A DNA stretch of 64,000 nt, taken from contig JBGOVA010000002.1 of NCBI GenBank assembly GCA_041477875.1, positions 71 to 64,070 on the forward strand. The letters are read 5' to 3'. Positions 62,036 to 64,000 of this stretch are shown one piece after another (position 1 is the first letter of the stretch; every line of letters starts with the position of its first letter). A program made the translations under genes and the position numbers. Below the pieces are notes generated by a model. It ran no database searches. It had not been told where the DNA came from and worked only from the letters and a program-made list of their open reading frames with translations. This DNA comes from Micropepsaceae bacterium (GTDB lineage Bacteria; Pseudomonadota; Alphaproteobacteria; Micropepsales; Micropepsaceae).

Positions 62036-62935
62036 ATGAGCGCCCAGGAACTCGAGTTCATCAACCAATTGTTGCGCGCCGCGCCGAAAGGCATCGCGAC
62101 CGACGACTGGGTGCGCCAGCGCGAGAGCATGGAGGCGCGGCTCGCCGAATTTCCGTTGCCCTCCGCCATCGAACGCAAAGAGGTCAAAGCGAACGGCGTT
62201 CCGGCCGAATGGTCGTATGCAGCGCACGCGGCGAAGGACACGGCACTGCTTTATCTCCATGGCGGCGGGTACTGCATCGGATCCGTCAAAACGCATCGGC
62301 CTTTGACGTCGGAGATCGCGAAGAGTTTCGCCGGGCGCGTGCTTTCCGTCGACTACCGCCTCGGCCCCGAGCATATGTTTCCAGCGGCGATCGACGATGC
62401 GGTCGACGCGTATCGGTTCCTCGTGGACAGCGGGATCAAGCCTCCGCGCATTGCGGTGGCAGGCGATTCCGCGGGCGGCGGTCTCGCGCTGGCGACACTG
62501 GTTGCGATACGCGACCGCGGCCTACCGGTGCCGGCGGCCGGATGGGGCCTTTCGCCGTGGACCGATCTCGAAGGGCGCGGCAGTTCGCTGACCACGAAGA
62601 CGGCAAGCGATCTGATTGTGGAACCCGACAAGCTTCACATCTATGCGAAGGCTTATGCCGGGAACCGGCGCGGCGAGCCGCTGGCCTCGCCCCTCAACGC
62701 GGACCTGAAGGGTCTGCCGCCGCTGTTGCTGCATGTGGGATCGGCGGAAGTGTTGCTCGACGATTCCGTGCGGTTCGCGGCGCGAGCGGGAGCGGCGGAT
62801 GTCGAATGCAGGCTCGAAATCTGGCCGCACATGCCGCATGTCTGGCACATCTTCTCGCCGATGCTGTCGGAGGCGCGCGAAGCCGTTGCGGCGGCGACCT
62901 CGTGGCTGAACGGCAAGATAGACGCGCCTAAGTAG
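62036..62935 (+). CDS. Alpha/beta hydrolase, hormone-sensitive-lipase-type esterase
   Basis: The oxyanion motif HGGGY, the nucleophile elbow GDSAGG, and a C-terminal His in PHVWH are present. Confidence 0.85.
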   Translation: MSAQELEFINQLLRAAPKGIATDDWVRQRESMEARLAEFPLPSAIERKEVKANGVPAEWSYAAHAAKDTALLYLHGGGYCIGSVKTHRPLTSEIAKSFAGRVLSVDYRLGPEHMFPAAIDDAVDAYRFLVDSGIKPPRIAVAGDSAGGGLALATLVAIRDRGLPVPAAGWGLSPWTDLEGRGSSLTTKTASDLIVEPDKLHIYAKAYAGNRRGEPLASPLNADLKGLPPLLLHVGSAEVLLDDSVRFAARAGAADVECRLEIWPHMPHVWHIFSPMLSEAREAVAAATSWLNGKIDAPK

Positions 62936-63132
62936 GATTTCGGCTCGAGCGCGAAGATGCGCTCAGGCGCCGCTGCGGTGCCGACCGTCACCGCAAGTTG
63001 TCAACAGTCTTGGGTGGAACTGCGCGCGGCTCCACCCTTGTGTTTGATTTTCCTTTTTGGGCCGTATACTGCACATCTTCTTCCCTAGCGGTCCGGTGCG
63101 GCCGATTCGAGTGGCGGGCCGCCGAGTGAGGC

Positions 63133-63516
63133 ATGCCAATGGCCAAGATACTCGTCGTCGATGACAACGAACTCGTCCGCGCCACGACGCGCACTATTTT
63201 GCAAGGCGCCGGGCACGAGGTTGACGCGGCCGGCGAAGGCGATGCGGCGCTCAGATACGTTGCGAGCACGCCGCCCGATCTCGTGCTGACCGACATCGTG
63301 ATGCCGAACAAGGAAGGGATCGGGCTGATCCTCGAGCTGCGTCGGACAGGCTACAAAGGGGCGATCATCGCCATGTCCGGCGGCGGCAAGATCGGCCCCA
63401 GCGATTTGCTGACCATGGCGCGCAAGCTGGGCGCGGACGACTGCATGCCGAAGCCGTTCCATCGCGCGGACTTGATCGCCAAGGTCGCCGCGTGTTTGGA
63501 GCGAGGCGCCGACTAG
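63133..63516 (+). CDS. Single-domain CheY-like response regulator
   Basis: ILVVDDNELVR...LVLTDIVMPNKEG...IIAMSG...MPKPF are present. There is no output domain. Confidence 0.85.
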   Translation: MPMAKILVVDDNELVRATTRTILQGAGHEVDAAGEGDAALRYVASTPPDLVLTDIVMPNKEGIGLILELRRTGYKGAIIAMSGGGKIGPSDLLTMARKLGADDCMPKPFHRADLIAKVAACLERGAD

Positions 63517-64000
63517 TAGCCGACCGCGGCGCCGTCTTTGCGCATTTCCGAGGCGCCCCAGTATGCGCCGGTTTGGGGGTCGCGCATGATCGCCTGGTAG
63601 CCGCCGAAGCCGCCGTCGCCGGGTTTGAGCTTGTGGCCGCGGCGCGTGAGTTCGGCACGTACGTCGGCGCCGATGCCCGTCTCAAGCTGCAGATCGCCGA
63701 CGCCGCCTGCGTTCGGGCGCATCCAGTCGTCCGAGCCCTCGTGATAGAAGCGCGCGGCGTCGCCCGCTTCCTGAACGTTCAATCCGAAGTCGACGATGTT
63801 GACGACGATCTGGACGTGGCCTTGCGGCTGCATGTCGCCGCCCATCACGCCGAAGCTCATGAACGGTTTGCCGTCCTTCATGATGAAAGACGGGATGATG
63901 GTCTGGAACGGCCGCTTGCCGGGCGCGTAGACGTTGGGGTGCGCGGTGTCGAGCGCGAAGAGTTCGCCGCGATCCTGGAACATGAAGCCCAAACCGTCGG
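63513..64000 (-). CDS. ggt: Gamma-glutamyltransferase, C-terminal part (N-terminus beyond the right window edge)
   Basis: PGKRPFQTIIPSFIMKDGKPFMSFGVMGGDMQPQGHVQ is the small-subunit pattern. The frame is open to the window edge. Confidence 0.85.
   Translation of the reverse strand, partial: DGLGFMFQDRGELFALDTAHPNVYAPGKRPFQTIIPSFIMKDGKPFMSFGVMGGDMQPQGHVQIVVNIVDFGLNVQEAGDAARFYHEGSDDWMRPNAGGVGDLQLETGIGADVRAELTRRGHKLKPGDGGFGGYQAIMRDPQTGAYWGASEMRKDGAAVGY

Overview
This is a high-GC (about 65% by eye) chromosomal segment with alphaproteobacterial (Rhizobiales-like) gene order. I support about 73 protein-coding genes. I could not support any rRNA, tRNA, CRISPR array, transposase or integrase. The window splits into two halves.

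(1) Positions 1 to about 36 kb form an accessory stress island. Its genes are: phasin-phaC; an ABC-2 exporter; DUF3775; a phosphoribosyltransferase; HPF/RaiA; a PH-domain protein; a MlaC-like protein; a TPR protein; a P-type cation ATPase; a BigR/Blh/rhodanese/TauE sulfide module; two FtsX/MacB-type tripartite exporters; a host-attachment-family protein; a dienelactone hydrolase; three USP domains; Cfa; an RcnB/glycine-zipper protein; a Glu/Leu dehydrogenase; a single-domain receiver; ChaB; a thymidine-phosphorylase-family protein; a cytochrome b; a triple-PAS protein; and a ferredoxin plus diiron oxygenase pair. The main finding is that nearly every promoter gap in this half carries an FNR/FixK-type TTGA-N6-TCAA box. 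No CRP/FNR regulator gene lies in the window. Two of the boxes sit exactly 41.5 nt upstream of an ATG, which is the geometry expected for a leaderless transcript.

(2) Positions 36 to 64 kb are core housekeeping: a purC remnant, yfgM-like-bamB-der, SDR-purF-cvpA-radA, mazEF, a Rieske oxygenase, ampG-like, sleB-like, mlaFE-alr-dnaB, a second cfa, rplI-rpsR-rpsF, an esterase, a receiver and ggt.

Other oddities:
- A roughly 130-bp structured direct repeat brackets the ABC-2 cassette.
- Low-complexity tails occur on S6, S18 (about 65 aa, Gly-rich) and L9.
- dnaB is a compositional mosaic.
- A truncated purC abuts an ArsC-family remnant.
- There is a roughly 0.6-kb hairpin-rich non-coding gap.

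All calls rest on reading the translations and sequence by eye. No database search was run.
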